DNA of 64,000 nt from Octopus vulgaris (Eukaryota): positions 112,034,001-112,098,000 of the forward strand of contig OX597822.1 of NCBI GenBank assembly GCA_951406725.2, in the 5' to 3' direction. The notes below the pieces were generated by a model. The model had not been told where the DNA came from. It saw nothing but the letters and a program-made list of their open reading frames with translations, and searched no databases. The position numbers were made by a program, and so were the translations under genes. This document shows, one piece after another, positions 38,021 through 51,401 of the stretch (its first letter is position 1; every line of letters begins with the position of its first letter).

Positions 38021-38788
38021 GAACCACTAACTTACTACTAAAAGTATTGCTCTTTATTGGTTTTGTGGTGAGTGACCATGTCTGTGATTAGTTTAAATTT
38101 CCAGTGAGAGCTATTTTGTTTCGTGTAAACTTCGTTAGATAAGTATGAATATTACAATTCCTATTCTGATGTAAGTAGCCGTATAGCTTCTGTAAAACAA
38201 GAATCCTATTTTTTTCTGGCCCCACTTCTTTCATACTTTAAGCCCTCTTCTCCCTTTCTATTGTAGCCCCCACTCAGTTGATGGGAATCTTAGTCTTGAA
38301 AGCTGTACCTGATATGCTCTGTAAAGTGGTTAGAATTAAGGGATCTTTTCACTTTGACCGGCAGATTTAAAAAATAATTTCTTTGTAACTAAACACTTTT
38401 AAACTCCGTATTCTGGTAGAATGAGTCACATAAAACATGTTTTTCTCTTGGCGTTAAAGTGAAAAGATCCGAATTAAGAAAGGCATTCAAGTGCAGAAAC
38501 CATTCCAAAGCAAACACTGTGGCATAATACAGTTCTTGGATCTGTTGTATCCTATTCAACCATCAAACTTAAGTGACAACAATAATTTTGATAGTGATGG
38601 CAGCAGTGGTGATGCTGGTGTCTCTCCCCCTTCTGCCTTCCTCAAAAGTTAATACTGGTAACCCATTTACGAATTTTTCTGATGAAAATGTACAACTAAT
38701 TCATTTTATTTACTAAACTTGCATAAAATGAGTAATAAACAGAATAAATATTTCATCATTCATGATATTTCTTTCTCTTTTTTTTTAG

Positions 38789-38924
38789 CTATCAACCTGT
38801 CAAACGACTGTATGTTTGGTGCCAGGGCTGCTCCCATGGTGGCCACCTCCAACACATCATGGAGTGGTTTCAAAAGAATAAACAATGTCCCCGAGGCTGT
38901 GGACATTATTGTGAATATTCTTGA
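38789..38924 (+). CDS. WDR24: WDR24 exon 18 (last coding, RING-like)
   Basis: tttag|C TAT...; [48 protein letters not shown], close to the recalled WDR24 C-terminus. Total CDS 2394 nt. Confidence 0.96.
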
Positions 38925-39273
38925 ACTTTAAAAATTGAGGTTGAATTATTCCAGTTTCAAAACTATTGCTCTCACAATTTCTTCAAGAATTTACAGATTA
39001 ATGATAAAAGCAAGCCAAAAATGTTCTTAAATGTTTTGAATATGTTTTAATATTCAGAAACAATATCAAAACTACTGTCTTACGTTAATTTCTTTTCTTA
39101 GATTAACTTTTAAAATTGTTTCAACTAAAATTTATTCTTTATTTCTTCTGTATTTATTTCACCCAGTTTGTCTTTGGATGGCTGAATGTTTTTCAATCAA
39201 GATAAATCAATTATTTTTGTAAAAAAAAAAAATTTTAAAAAAAGAAAGAAAAATTTTTTAAAAAGAAAGAATT

Positions 39274-39322
39274 AATAAAAACAAATTAAAATGTTAAAAT
39301 AAAATTTCAAAAACACAATAAA
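39274..39322 (+). terminator. Candidate WDR24 polyadenylation signals
   Basis: AATAAA at 39274, 39298 and 39317, followed by U/GU-rich sequence at about 39370-39420. Confidence 0.5.
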
Positions 39323-39598
39323 TCTGTTTTCTTAAACATTCCCTTGTTGAGCTTAAACTAACAGTGCAAATGTTTTGTTTGTTTCTGTTTTTTTTTGTGT
39401 TTTTTTTGCCTTTGGTTTTCTGCTTGTCTATCTCTTCCTCCTCCTCCTTCATTAAACATTTGTTGATTTTTACCAATTCCAAGATCAATTACGGAGGAAA
39501 CAGATTGTTCCTCATTGCCCAGTAAAACCAGACAACTCCCATTCTATCAGTAAAACAATACAATCCAAGGAAACTAGGAATGAAATATATTAGCAAAC

Positions 39599-40375
39599 TG
39601 TACATTATTTACATTTGTGGATCCAGCCTTCATCAGGTGTCTTGGGGAAATTTTGAACCTGGGTTCTCATTCCTAAAGTATTTTTCGATGTTGTTATTAT
39701 TATTATTACACAGGTCACTGCCTGGAATCAAATGCAGAATCTTGGGGTTAGTAGTCCGCGCTCTTAACCACTACGCCATATGCCTGTGGCGTAGTGGCTA
39801 AGAGTGCGGACTACTAACCCCAAGATTCTGAGTTTGATTCCAGGCAATGACCTGAGAAATAATAATAATTACAACATTGAAAAATACCTTAGGAATGAGA
39901 ACCCAGGTTCGAAATTTCCCCAAGATACCTGATGAAGGCTGGAGGGTATATCAGCTGAAATGCTGTGTTAATAACAAACAAGATGAGGACAAATATCTGT
40001 CAATTGTAAATAATGTACATAATTTCTCATCTCTTAAATATAGAACTGTATTTTCCAGTGATGTTCTCTGTCTATCATTTTAACTTCATCCCACAGGGGA
40101 AGATGGTCTCCATTTTTCCATACATGATCAGCTATACCCGATTTATCAATATCTCTTCGTGTCACAGCTTTGCGATGTTCCTCTACCCTTATTTTGTGGG
40201 GTGGCATGTTTCACCTTTGTATAACCTACCACAGCTGCATGGGATGGCGTACAAGCAGTCTAGTCATATTTTCTTCTATTGGTGGTTTTACTTGAAAGAG
40301 ATATTTGCAAAGTGTTGTATTACTCTTGAATACTGTCCTGGTGTCATATGGGCCACATAGCTTTTGTAGATAGAG
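39599..40375. mobile_element. Penelope-like element relic: inverted pair of terminal repeats plus GIY-YIG fragment (-)
   Basis: 39622-39780 and 39785-39943 are inverted copies; 40050-40370 matches the GIY-YIG region at 61390-61700. Confidence 0.8.
39924..39969 (+). ncRNA. Degenerate minimal hammerhead motif of PLE repeat (second copy 61067-61112, -)
   Basis: gatac CTGATGA a ggctgg-agggtata-tcagct GAAA tg c t gtgtt; 61-kb copy gacac CTGATGA...GAAA tg T T gagtc. Confidence 0.6.
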
Positions 40376-40799
40376 AGACTCAAAGCTAATAGCACCTGGC
40401 TTGAATATATGGAAGCACTCCGTCGGTTACGACGATGAGGGATACGGTTGATCTGAATCAACGGAACAGCCTGCTCGTGAAATTAACGTGTAAGTGGCTG
40501 AGCACTCCACAGACACGTGCACCCTTAACGTAGTTCTCGGGGATATTCAGTGTGACAAGGCCAGCCCCTTGAAATACAGGTACAACAGAAACAGGAAGTA
40601 AGAGTGAGAGAAAGTTGTGAAAGAGTACAGCAGGGATCACCACCATCTCCTGCCAGAGCCTCGTGGAGCTTTTAGGTGTTTTCGCTCACTCACAACGCCC
40701 GGTGTGGGGATCGAAACCGCGAGTCCGCTGCCCTAACCACTGGGCCATTGCGCCTCCACGGCTTGAATATAATGACACCAGTGGATTCATATAAAGCTT

Positions 40800-41190
40800 G
40801 AAGAGTATCAGAAAGAGCAGGACATGCCCTCATCCGTGAGAGGATCCATTATAACCGTTGGAAAAAAACATCAACTAAATAACAAAATTAGAAGTTATCT
40901 TGATTACTTGGGAAAATAACCAGAGATGATGATAGAAAGAGAATCCAACAAGATCCGGAAAAGTGATACATGAAAGAATTTGAAAAGGTGAAGGACACGC
41001 CAGATTAAGAAGCTTATGAAGCTCAAAGGTGAGAGGATGAAGACTGAAGTCCGTCATCCACCTGTGAAAGCAGGAATTAAAGCAAGTTGCCGACATCTAG
41101 AAAGCTCTGAAGAAGCAGTATTAAACAAAGGTCTCAACTTTGCGAAGACCATCAAGCGCATTCCATACTTGGACATAATAGCCCCTAAGG
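40800..41190 (+). mobile_element. Penelope-like ORF N-terminal relic
   Basis: LESSEEAVLNKGLNFAKTIKRIPYLDIIAP resembles the L..GLNF..P motif upstream of PLE RTs. Confidence 0.6.
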
Positions 41191-41735
41191 TCACAAATGT
41201 GATAATTGATAGTGTGTTGTGTCCTTGAACAAGTCTCTTCATTTCACGTTGCTCCAGTTCACTCAGCTGGCAAAAATGAGTTGTACATATATTTCAAGGG
41301 GCCATCCTCATCACATTCTGTGGCATGCTGAATCTCCCTGAGAACTATGTTAAGGGTACACGTGTGTCTGTGGAGTGCTCAGCCACTTGCACATTAATTT
41401 CACGAGCAGGCTCTTCCGTTGATCGGATCAGCTGGGACCCTTGTTGTTCTAACCAACGGAGTGCCACTTGACCGTAGAAGTATGCTTTCTTCACTACGGC
41501 AAATATCAGGAAAAATAGCATGCATACTCTTACTCTTTTACTTGTTTCAGTCATTTGACTGCGGCCATGCTGGAGCACCACCTTTAATCGAGCAACTCGA
41601 CCCCGGGACTTATTCTTTTGTAAGCCCAGTACTTATTCTATCAGTCTCTTTTGCCGAACCGCTAAGTAACGGGGACATAAACACACCAGCATCGGTTGTC
41701 AAGCAATGCTAGGGGGACAGACACAAACACACACA

Positions 41736-41792
<57 letters not shown>

Positions 41793-42237
41793 GACGGGCT
41801 TCTTTCAGTTTCCGTCTATCAAATCCACTCACAAGGCTTTGGTCGGCCCGAGGCTATAGTAGAAGACACTTGCCCAAGTTGCCACGCAGTGGGACTAAAC
41901 CCAGAACCGTGTGGTTGGTAAACAAGCTACTTACCACACAGCCACTCCTATACAAGAATTATAATTTAAGTTATATCAATCAAATTTCCTGTTGCATATA
42001 CGAAAGGAAGAAATGAAAACTAATTTTCAAGAGAAACATTTACGTTCAAATGAAATTGAACGTAAATAAATTTCTCCTCCCATGACCACCCTGTCATTTG
42101 CTCCCTCTCCTTATTCTCTTCTCACAAAGCCTTGAATGTGGACTCATTCTGCACTCCTTACATTAACTCTCTCTCTCTCTTCCATATTCTGTAACCAACC
42201 AACCAGTCGACGTTTACATTGGCTATTATTACTAACA

Positions 42238-42995
42238 AGGCGAAGGCAGCGAGCTGACAGAGTCGTTAGGCAGCGTGCTGGCGAAATGCTTAGCGATATT
42301 TCGTCAGCCGCTACGTTCTGAGTTCAAATTCCGCCCAGGGTTCAATTAAATTAAGTACCAGTTATGCACTGGAGTGGATATAATCGACTTAATCCCTTTC
42401 TCTGTTCTTGTTTGGCCTCTCTGTGTTTAGCCCCTTGTGGGCAGTAAAGAAATAAGTATTTCGTCAGCCGCTACGTTCTGAGTTCAAATTCCGCCGAGGT
42501 CGACTTTGCCTTTCATCCTTTCGGGGTCGATAAATTAAGTACCAGTTACGCACTGGAGTCGATATAATCGACTTAATCCATTTGTCTGTCCTTGTTTGGC
42601 CTCTCTGTGTTTAGCCCCTTGTGGGCAGTAAAGAAATAAGTATTTCGTCAGCCGCTACGTTCTGAGTTCAAATTCCGCCGAGGTCGACTTTGCCTTTCAT
42701 CCTTTCGGGGTCGATAAATTAAGTACCAGTTACGCACTGGAGTCGATATAATCGACTTAATCCATTTGTCTGTCCTTGTTTGGCCTCTCTGTGTTTAGCC
42801 CCTTGTGGGTAGTAAAGAAAAAGGTATTTCGTCAGCCGCTACGTTCTGAGTTCAAATTCCGCCGAGGTCGACTTTGCCTTTCATCCTTTCGGGGTCGATA
42901 AATTAAGTACCTGTTACGCACTGGAGTCGATGTAATCGACTTAATCCGTTTGTCTGTCTTTGTTTGTCCCCCTTGTGGGCAATAAAGAAATAAGA
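42238..42995 (+). repeat. Tandem tetramer of the Meta-like SINE
   Basis: gccgctacgttctgagttcaaattccgcc recurs at 42307, 42467, 42651 and 42835 (periods 160, 184, 184). Confidence 0.9.
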
Positions 42996-45689
42996 GTCGT
43001 TAGCGAGCCGGGTTAAATGCTTAGTAGCATTTGGATCGTCTACACGTTCTGAGTAAAAAATAAGTACCAATTGAGCACAGAGACCGATGTAACTGACTTG
43101 ATCCTTTCCGCGAAACTGCTGGCCTCGTGCTAAAATTTAAAACCATTATTACTAACAAGGCGACATGCTGGACAAAATGTTCGGCGGCATTTCGTCCGTC
43201 TTCACATCCTGAGTTCAAATTCCGCCGAGGTCGCCGTTGCATTTCATTCTTTTGGGGTCGATAAAATAAGTATGAGTACTGGGAGTTGATATAATTTATT
43301 TGCCCCCCCCCCCCAAAAAAAATATCAGGTTTTGTACCTATAATTGAAGGAATGGTTACTAACAAGACGGTGAGCTGGCAAAATTCTTTGCGCGTCGGAC
43401 AGAATGCTTAGCTGCCTTTCTTCTGTGTCTTTATGTTCTGAGTTCAAATCATGCCGTAGTCACTTTTGTCTTACATTCTTTAGGGTTGATAAAAGAAAGT
43501 ACCATTCAAGAATATGGAGATTGTAAACGAGTAAATTTCTTCCTCTTTAAAAAAAAAATGGAAAAAAAACACGTTGACCTTGTACCTAATTTTGATACAA
43601 TTATACAGAGATTACCATCAGTAAAATTTAAAGATCCGGTACGTAGGTACTTGACTTCAGTGGAAACAGCTTAACGGTTTTTTCTACTTTTTTCTTTTCT
43701 TTTTAATAAAAGAAGAAACAGTTTCATCTGTCGACAACCACTGAAGTGTAGAATATGAGTCTTGAGTTTAGATAAAGATTACTTGAAGTTTTGTTGCGCA
43801 ACAAAGCATATTCTTGTGCTATAAACGATTCTGGAATCTCTCCAACCCACCTACTCAAGGGCATTCCCGGAATGTTGTTTAAGAATAATACATTTTCACA
43901 TTCTATAATAAGATTTTTATCCTGGAAATAAACAAACCCTGGATTAGGAGGAAATGAGGCAATACGCATGGAAATAATGTTAAATTTTTCGCGATGTGAA
44001 TTTCACCAAAGTTTTTGTCCTAACTTCATACATAACCTTGAAGGAAGGGAACCACACGCAAGGTTAACCTTCTGAAATACGATGCTACACATGACATTAA
44101 ACAAAGCATCTGCTGTGGGTATGTGAAGTGTTAATACACTACATGTCTATAACAAGTCAAAGTCAGTAACTCGCTATTAAATATAGCATTTGCAGAACCC
44201 GTACTGCGAAGGAAAATCGTTATGTAATCTCAGGCAGAACTATTTTGATGCTCACTGGCTTTGTTTCCTCATAACATTCTTTAAAAGACATATTCTTCAG
44301 AAAACGTTTTCGAAGATGTAGATTACGATTATGTTCGTAAAAATTTAAAAAAAAAACTTCTTGAAGAAGTTTCGGAATATTGCTTCGACTTTGTTTTCTC
44401 GTAACTCTCTTTAAAATTCATATTTATTTAATTAATTAATCTCTTCAAACATCTGTGTAAAGGCGGTAAACCGAAACTGAGAATGTTATTTCTTATATCA
44501 ATTAAAAAAACAGAAAGAAATAATGCAAAAAAAACAAAAACCAATCAAATATTTCTGTCCGGTGTTGGGGAACGGGTGCACTTACACTAAACTGTACTTA
44601 TACTACCTACACATCGACCAAGCGACCATCGAATTGTATTGATTTTTGAACACTTGATCACATATTCAGCGAAGTTTTATCAGTTTTTTCTCCTCGACTA
44701 TTTTTATTTACTACTGCATCTGCTTTCTAGGATGATGTGTGTTTTTATGTAAATATTTATCAACATGCCCAAGTTGCGTAGTTTAAGGACCCTGTGGTAA
44801 GTTTCCTAATACCCAGGTGACATGTCTTTTGAAATTAACCCCAAGAGAATAAATTGTGTAGCCTCATAATAACTGATCGAGAAGGCCAGTGATCGAACCC
44901 TGATCATCTCGTCAATATATGACTACACAGTCCAATGTGTTCTTCCTTATATTAAATGCTACTAAGGTTTGTGATTACAGTCAAGCTTAGCGGCTATTTC
45001 TAGCAGATCAAATGACCATTTAGAGGCTTTCTTTTTCTCTTCTTAAAAAATTAAAATATACAAGAGAGTGTTGAACGTATCACCTGAACGCAGATTGTCC
45101 CATAGTCTCTGTTTCCATCTCTCCTCATCTGACAAACCCAGCTCTCTTCTCAGTTGCAGAGCTTCGTCCATCTCCCAGTTGGAGCTAGCCCATGTTAGGA
45201 AGGAGAGGATGTTGCCTACTGAAAGGGAGCAAGCGTGGATGAAGGAAAGAAAACGGAAGAGACAGAGACGAGCACATACGCAAACCTAGACCCCCCAAAC
45301 CGTTTGAGCAAAGCAGCCTGTTTGCGGGACTATCTCTCGAGGGTCTGATATTGATGTATTGGAAAGACGACGAGAATCTTCAAGAAAGACTAACTCTGAG
45401 AAAATACAATAACTGAGGAATTGACAAGTAAATCCTAAGTATTAAAAAACCTTCGTGGGGCTCAGTTGCTTCAAGTTTTTTTTATAGTTGCTCAAGGTTA
45501 ACCACTTTCGATCGAAAGTTGAACTCGAAAGCTCGGTCAGTAATTGGGGAAGGAATCCGTAAACAGGTTTACAGTTTGCTGATGTGAAACTGAATGGCTG
45601 AGGAGCCAGAGCCCGCATTTAGAACTGATGATGCTAAGGCCCCTACGACCAGGTTCTTCAGTCATCGTCGTCACAGTTGCAAAACCTTA

Positions 45690-46260
45690 GCAGGAGCCCC
45701 CACCGCAAACAAGCATCGTTAATCTGCTAGATATTCAAGTCCAGGTCAGCTCCCATCTTGGTAACGACATCGATATACCAAGTGCAAATAGAGCAGGGCC
45801 GAGTAGATCACCCTGTTGGGTCCCAGAGGCAGATGGGATGGGATGGTCACCAAAGAAGAGGTAGGAGGGCTCTTGATAAGTTTGCTAAATAAAGTGGCAG
45901 AGCTGTGGGGCATTCTAGCTTACTGCACGGAGCTTGGCATCCTGACTGATGGAACTGAAGGAATTCCTGAGATCTAGATTGACTTTTGGAGTCTCAGAAG
46001 GCAGGTTGGTGAAAGCTCTAGTGGTATGAATGGTAGCCTCATAACCTAGCTTGGTACCAACCCCTAGCTGGATAGGGAAAAATTCGGAAGACAGGCAGTT
46101 TCAAACCGAGCACAGACACACTTTCGCTGTGAACCGTCTATAGAGCAGAAATCGCCACTGGGCTTCGTGAGACCAAATAGTTTAACCCTCAAAGGACAGG
46201 GGACGGATGTATAGAAGGACACTCTCTGGCGAGAACATCTTGACAAAGACCGGCTGGCAA
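45690..46260 (-). pseudogene. CRE-clade non-LTR retrotransposon RT relic
   Basis: Hand translation through stops: PIQLGVGTKLGYEATIHTTR...LDLRNSFSSISQ...TYQEPSYLFFGDHPIPSASGTQQGDLLGPALFALGI. Confidence 0.8.
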
Positions 46261-47559
46261 GGTGATACCATCTTTTCTTGTGTTGAGTGAATTGCTTCTA
46301 CTTCTGTTATTCACGTATTGACGCAAGCTAATCTTAGTGTTTAGGACATTAATTACACTTGTTATAATGTATGTGTGAATGGCTAGCTTCTGTGACACAC
46401 ACACACACACACAAATACGTGCGTACACCTATTGCATACATATTCATGTGAGGGAGGGAGGGAGAGAGAGAGAGAAGGTATGATATTTTGTTTGTGCTTG
46501 TTGTTTGCATGTATGTTGCCTCTCTGTGTCTCTTCACATACACACCACACTCTCTGTCTCGCACACCCCATCAACACATCAGTTGCTCTCTCGACTTCAA
46601 AATACAAGTCCCCTGTTCCCCCACATGAGTAAAAAAATAAAATTGATCACCAATTTCTTTACGGAAAGCTACGATCTTTTTCAGAAACATAAACAGAAGC
46701 ACCTGCTTTATAAGTGACATAAATTGTATTAAAAACGAAAGATTGCTTTTTTTATTTACCCTCTACAAGAGTAGGAACAGGTTTTCTTATGGACGAGATA
46801 CGTTACGTAACGTTCACGACTTCCTCAATGACGCTAGGTGAGCTGCAATACTAGGCATAATTACAGATTAGTGCCCTCAAATTTTTTTTCCATGACTTAC
46901 TGGAAAATGTTTATTTCTAAATAAAATTTTACAGTGATACGTTTTCGAGAGTGCAGATTACGATTATAATCTTAATATTTAAGCAAAACAATACTTTTTT
47001 TTTTTTTTGAGAGAGAGAGAGAATTTCAGATTATTCTCCCAACTTTCGAACTTTGTTTCCTCATAACTTTCTTTAAAATGCTTAACTCTAAAAGGAAATT
47101 TTGCAAAAATATGTTTTCGAGTGTGTAGATTACGTAAAGATGATGTTTGAAACATAAATCTGAAAAAAAAAAGTGAAAAATGGCTAAGTTATCGAAACAA
47201 AGCCGACGTGGCAAGGAAGAATGATCCGAAACATCTATAATAGATTTTTTTCTTCTAAATTTTATCGATCTATTTACAATGCACACCCTCGAAATCGTGT
47301 CTCGGCAAATTTTCATTTAAAAATACACATTTTTCAGGTTTTGCGGAAATGAAAATGTGGAGCACCATTCTGTAGTTATGTCAAATACTCTTACACGAAA
47401 AGGCATGCGATAGCTGTATCACATCGAATTGAATTAATGCCAGTATGGTTTTGTAATCAGTGTTGATGACTCGTAGGTTGTTAACTCCTCCTGTGATTCT
47501 TCCCTTTTCTTCGAAAAATCTCAATTAGGAAAGGACAAATTATATCGGTTCGTTGAGCG

Positions 47560-47700
47560 CTCGAGGTTTCGCCTCCTCCTCTCTGCCTTGACGTCACTTC
47601 CTCCGTGAGTGACTTAGTCTTCTCCGAACGTCAGTCGTGTCGTGGTTCTTGCTTGTGTTTCGCTCGCTGTAGGAGTAAATAATTTAACATACAAGGTAAG
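47560..47700 (+). promoter_or_regulatory. Probable promoter and non-coding first exon of a downstream gene
   Basis: CpG-rich patch; TGACGTCA overlapping ACTTCCT (47589-47602); Inr-like TCAGTC at 47631; strong donor AAG|gtaag at 47695/47696. Confidence 0.6.
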
Positions 47701-49235
47701 ATTTTAACAATCGATTTCACTCCATACTTTAACACCTTTCTCGCTTCACACATCTACATTTAACGGGAACATGCTGTGACTAACACGAAACAATAGATTA
47801 ATTAAAAGCTGTTCCACCCTCAAAGGTCACATTGAGATTGTGTCCTACTACCTTCACATTGCAGCTGGTAATATCTAACTTTCTTTCATCATCCGCTCCC
47901 GCTTAATACACAAACCATGTTTCAATATTTTTCTCATCTTTTTCCTTGTCAAACCGTTATTATGAACGCTCTTCAAATGATCCTAATTCAAATTTACCAA
48001 TTCTAATTCCAAACCTTCAATCATCTCACAAGACATTTAAATTGCCACTTTCAGCTTTCCTCGCTGCTTCTATCCAATTTTCTTTCCCTCAACTACTCGC
48101 TTGTTATTTTTTAAATATAATAAAAGAAAAAATTGAGGTTTTTGGTTAGATTTTCTTTTATCTAGAAATAACAGGTGTGTAGTTATATGAGAAAGGATTA
48201 TAGTTGGAAATTAAAAGTTGGGGAGGGAAGAAAGTTGGAGCCGATACTTTACGTATTCTTGTTTCTCTTTCATTTTAGAATTAAAGACGAATCTCGATTG
48301 ATTGACAGATTAGTTGCAATGAAGTTATTCTAAATACTTTGTTTCAACCCCTCTCAGAATTAAATTTTTTTTTTATTCAACATAGGGAATTATCAATTGA
48401 ATTAGTTGAACATTTTTTCAATTAATTTATTTTATCGACCTCTGTCAGAATCGAACTTAGAAGTAATACCTTCTTAGCAGCAGAAAAATATCAAAAAATG
48501 ACTAAGAGAAAGAAAAAAAAAATCAATCTATTTAATTATCATGTTAATTCTTTTTGGATCCCGCAAGACAATATATTTCATTTGCCTCAACATTGACACA
48601 GATGCCACTAAGTCAAAGTTTGACATTTAAGGTCTTACGTAATATCTAAAAGTCACATTGTAGTTTGCCCCTCGAATCCGTTTTATTCTACAAGAATAAA
48701 TTGAATTCGCTCATCACTGGCGAGCATCTAAATTACCAAATTCCGCTCACAAACCATTTGTCAACCTATGGCTAATGTACTGTGCGTTCGATTCGAACAC
48801 TGAACCACGTTGTTGCAAAGCGAATTTCTAACCTCTCAGCATGTCTGTACTTGTAGACCTACCTACCTACCTGCCTGCCTTTGTGCCGTCAGATCGCACC
48901 CATTTTTGTCATGACTAAGCCACTAATTAGGTGTTTAGGTGGGTAGGGCTGCCTCGATTCTTCCCTAGTTTAAATGTCTCTAAGGGACTCTGGCAATTTT
49001 AGCCGTTTTCAGAAATCGGGGTCTAATGCTGTTTCGCCGTCTCCTTGAAAAAATTTTTTTCGGCTTTCTGACATTTTAGATGTCAGAAAGTACGAATATG
49101 CCTCCCCACCCATTTTAAAAAAAAATTTCACCTCTCCACCTCCTAATTCTTTTTTATATTATTACATGGCATAGTTTCGGTTCCTACATGGCATAGTTTC
49201 GGTTGTAGTAGCACAGTTTCGGTTGTAGTAGCACA

Positions 49236-49965
49236 GATTTCCGTAAAAAACTTTTATTTTTTTACATAAGTAATGAGAGCGAAAGAGACTAAGAGGAAGC
49301 GATTTTACGACGAGAAGGTTTCACTTTGAAGTCGGCCTGTGTGTGTTTGATGGGGTGTGGGAGACAGACAGTATGTTGTGTAAGTGAAGTGCTTCTGTTA
49401 GTGTGTGAAGAGACAGACATACATATACACATACACCGAGTAAAAAATTACTATGAATCGGCCATACATACATACATACACACACACACATACATAGATA
49501 CATACACACACACATACATACATACACACACACATACTTACACACACACACACACACACATAGATACATACACACACACACATACATGCAGACATACATA
49601 TACACATACACCGAGTAAAAAATTACGATGAATCGGCCATACATACATACATACACACACACATACTTACACACACACACATACATAGATACATACACAC
49701 ACACACACATACATGCATACATACATATACACATACACCGAGTAAAAAATCAGTTATCTCTCTCTTTCACACATTACTCTCTCTGTCTCTTCGCACACAC
49801 TAACAGAAGCACTTCACTTACACAACCCACTGTCTGTCTCCCACACCCCATCAAACACACACAGGCCGACTTCAAAGTGAAACCTTCTCGTCGTAAAATC
49901 GCTTCCTCTTAGTCTCTTTCGCTCTCATTACTTATGTAAAAAAATAAAAGTTTTTTACGGAAATC
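49236..49965. mobile_element. Foldback/MITE-like element with ~180-bp inverted arms
   Basis: 49236-49418 versus 49780-49965; (CA/TA)-rich duplicated centre; relatives at 54805-55166 and about 46400-46672. Confidence 0.8.
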
Positions 49966-50386
49966 GACGGAAATCTGATCTACGACATGCGAAACTTCGC
50001 CTATTACATCAGATTCATGATAAAAATAATATAAAATGACCAGAAGCTCTGTGTTCGACCTTCTAGAAATAGCAGCCACATTTGTGTTAAGCGATTCACA
50101 AGACAATTCTTTGTGTCGGGTTGGAAAATTAACCGAATTCATTAGAGTAACGAATAAAACACCTTATATTTCTTCCGGCTTTTAAAGTTCTGATGTCGAA
50201 TCTCGCCGCGGTAATTTTGCTTTTTATCCTTTGTGAAGTACCAGTTGAGTTGAGGGTCTCGACTACTGCCCCTTCCCTCTAATCTTGAAGGCTTCATTCT
50301 TAAATTAGGAACAAAAAAAAAATATGGATTGGCTCCGATTCAAGCTACATATATTTGAGGTATTGTGAATGTTGATATATATATAT

Positions 50387-50665
50387 ATATATTATATTAA
50401 ATTAGAGACAAAACCACTATTAGGCAAATCAAACAATGAAAAACTTAAGCCAATACATAAAATTAATTTATATTATTTTAAATATATATAAAAAGTATTA
50501 AAAGTTTAATAAAAGATAATGAGTAAAACACTATTATCTTTTATTAAACTTTTAATACTTTTGATATATATTTAAAATAATATAAATTAATCTTATGTAT
50601 TGGCTTAAGTTTTTCATTGTTTGATTTGCCTAATAGTGGTTTTGTCTCTAATTTAATATAATATA
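50387..50665. repeat. Near-perfect AT-rich hairpin, ~134-bp stem, 12-nt loop
   Basis: Arms 50387-50520 and 50533-50665, loop gagtaaaacact; two mismatches seen. Confidence 0.93.
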
Positions 50666-51401
50666 ATATTTTACTATAAAATTAGATTCAATCCTAAATC
50701 TGATTTTCCCCTGTAAGTTTGGATTTATTCCCTAATATTTCATTATATATATATATATTGATTGATTCTAGTTTCAGCTCATGAGCTGTGGCCATGCTGG
50801 GGCACTGCCATATATATATATATATAGGTTTATTTATTTTGAAAAATTGAATTTTACAAATTTTTTTTTCTTTTCAGAATCATAATCATATTTTTCTGTG
50901 TATTTCGCTAAAAAAAATTTTTAAGTGAAAATTTAAGAAGTGGGGTGGGAGGTGGGGTGGAATTAAAATTTTGAAATCTAGATCCGGAATCTCCACACTC
51001 GATATAGTGGGTTCCTGTAAAAAAAAAAAAAATCCCATTGTCTTTACATCCGCTATATATATATAGATATATATTTTTGTATTTGGGGGTGGTCATGTTG
51101 CCAGTTTAGCCAATAAAAACACTCACTGTATATTAGGTGTTCATTTGCTTCAGATCTAGTTTATTTTACATATAAAGATCGATAGATATTCACACACACA
51201 CGTATTGGGAAATGCCCAAACTTACATCATTCAGAACTAATTGTTCTTGAACTAGTCGACCGGAGGAAATTATTAAGGTCATTGTTATTTAAATATTTTC
51301 TCAGGTCAAGTCCTTTTGAAAACCAGTTTTTCAACCCGATACCAGCTGAGTTTTTGGAATAGCTGGTCTTTTTTCTTTTTCAGTAATCCCGTTTCATACA
51401 A

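Noticed and set aside
45400-45545. Possible hammerhead (CTGAGGA...GAAAgcTC)
   Set aside because: No convincing stem I or stem II pairing between the two core halves.
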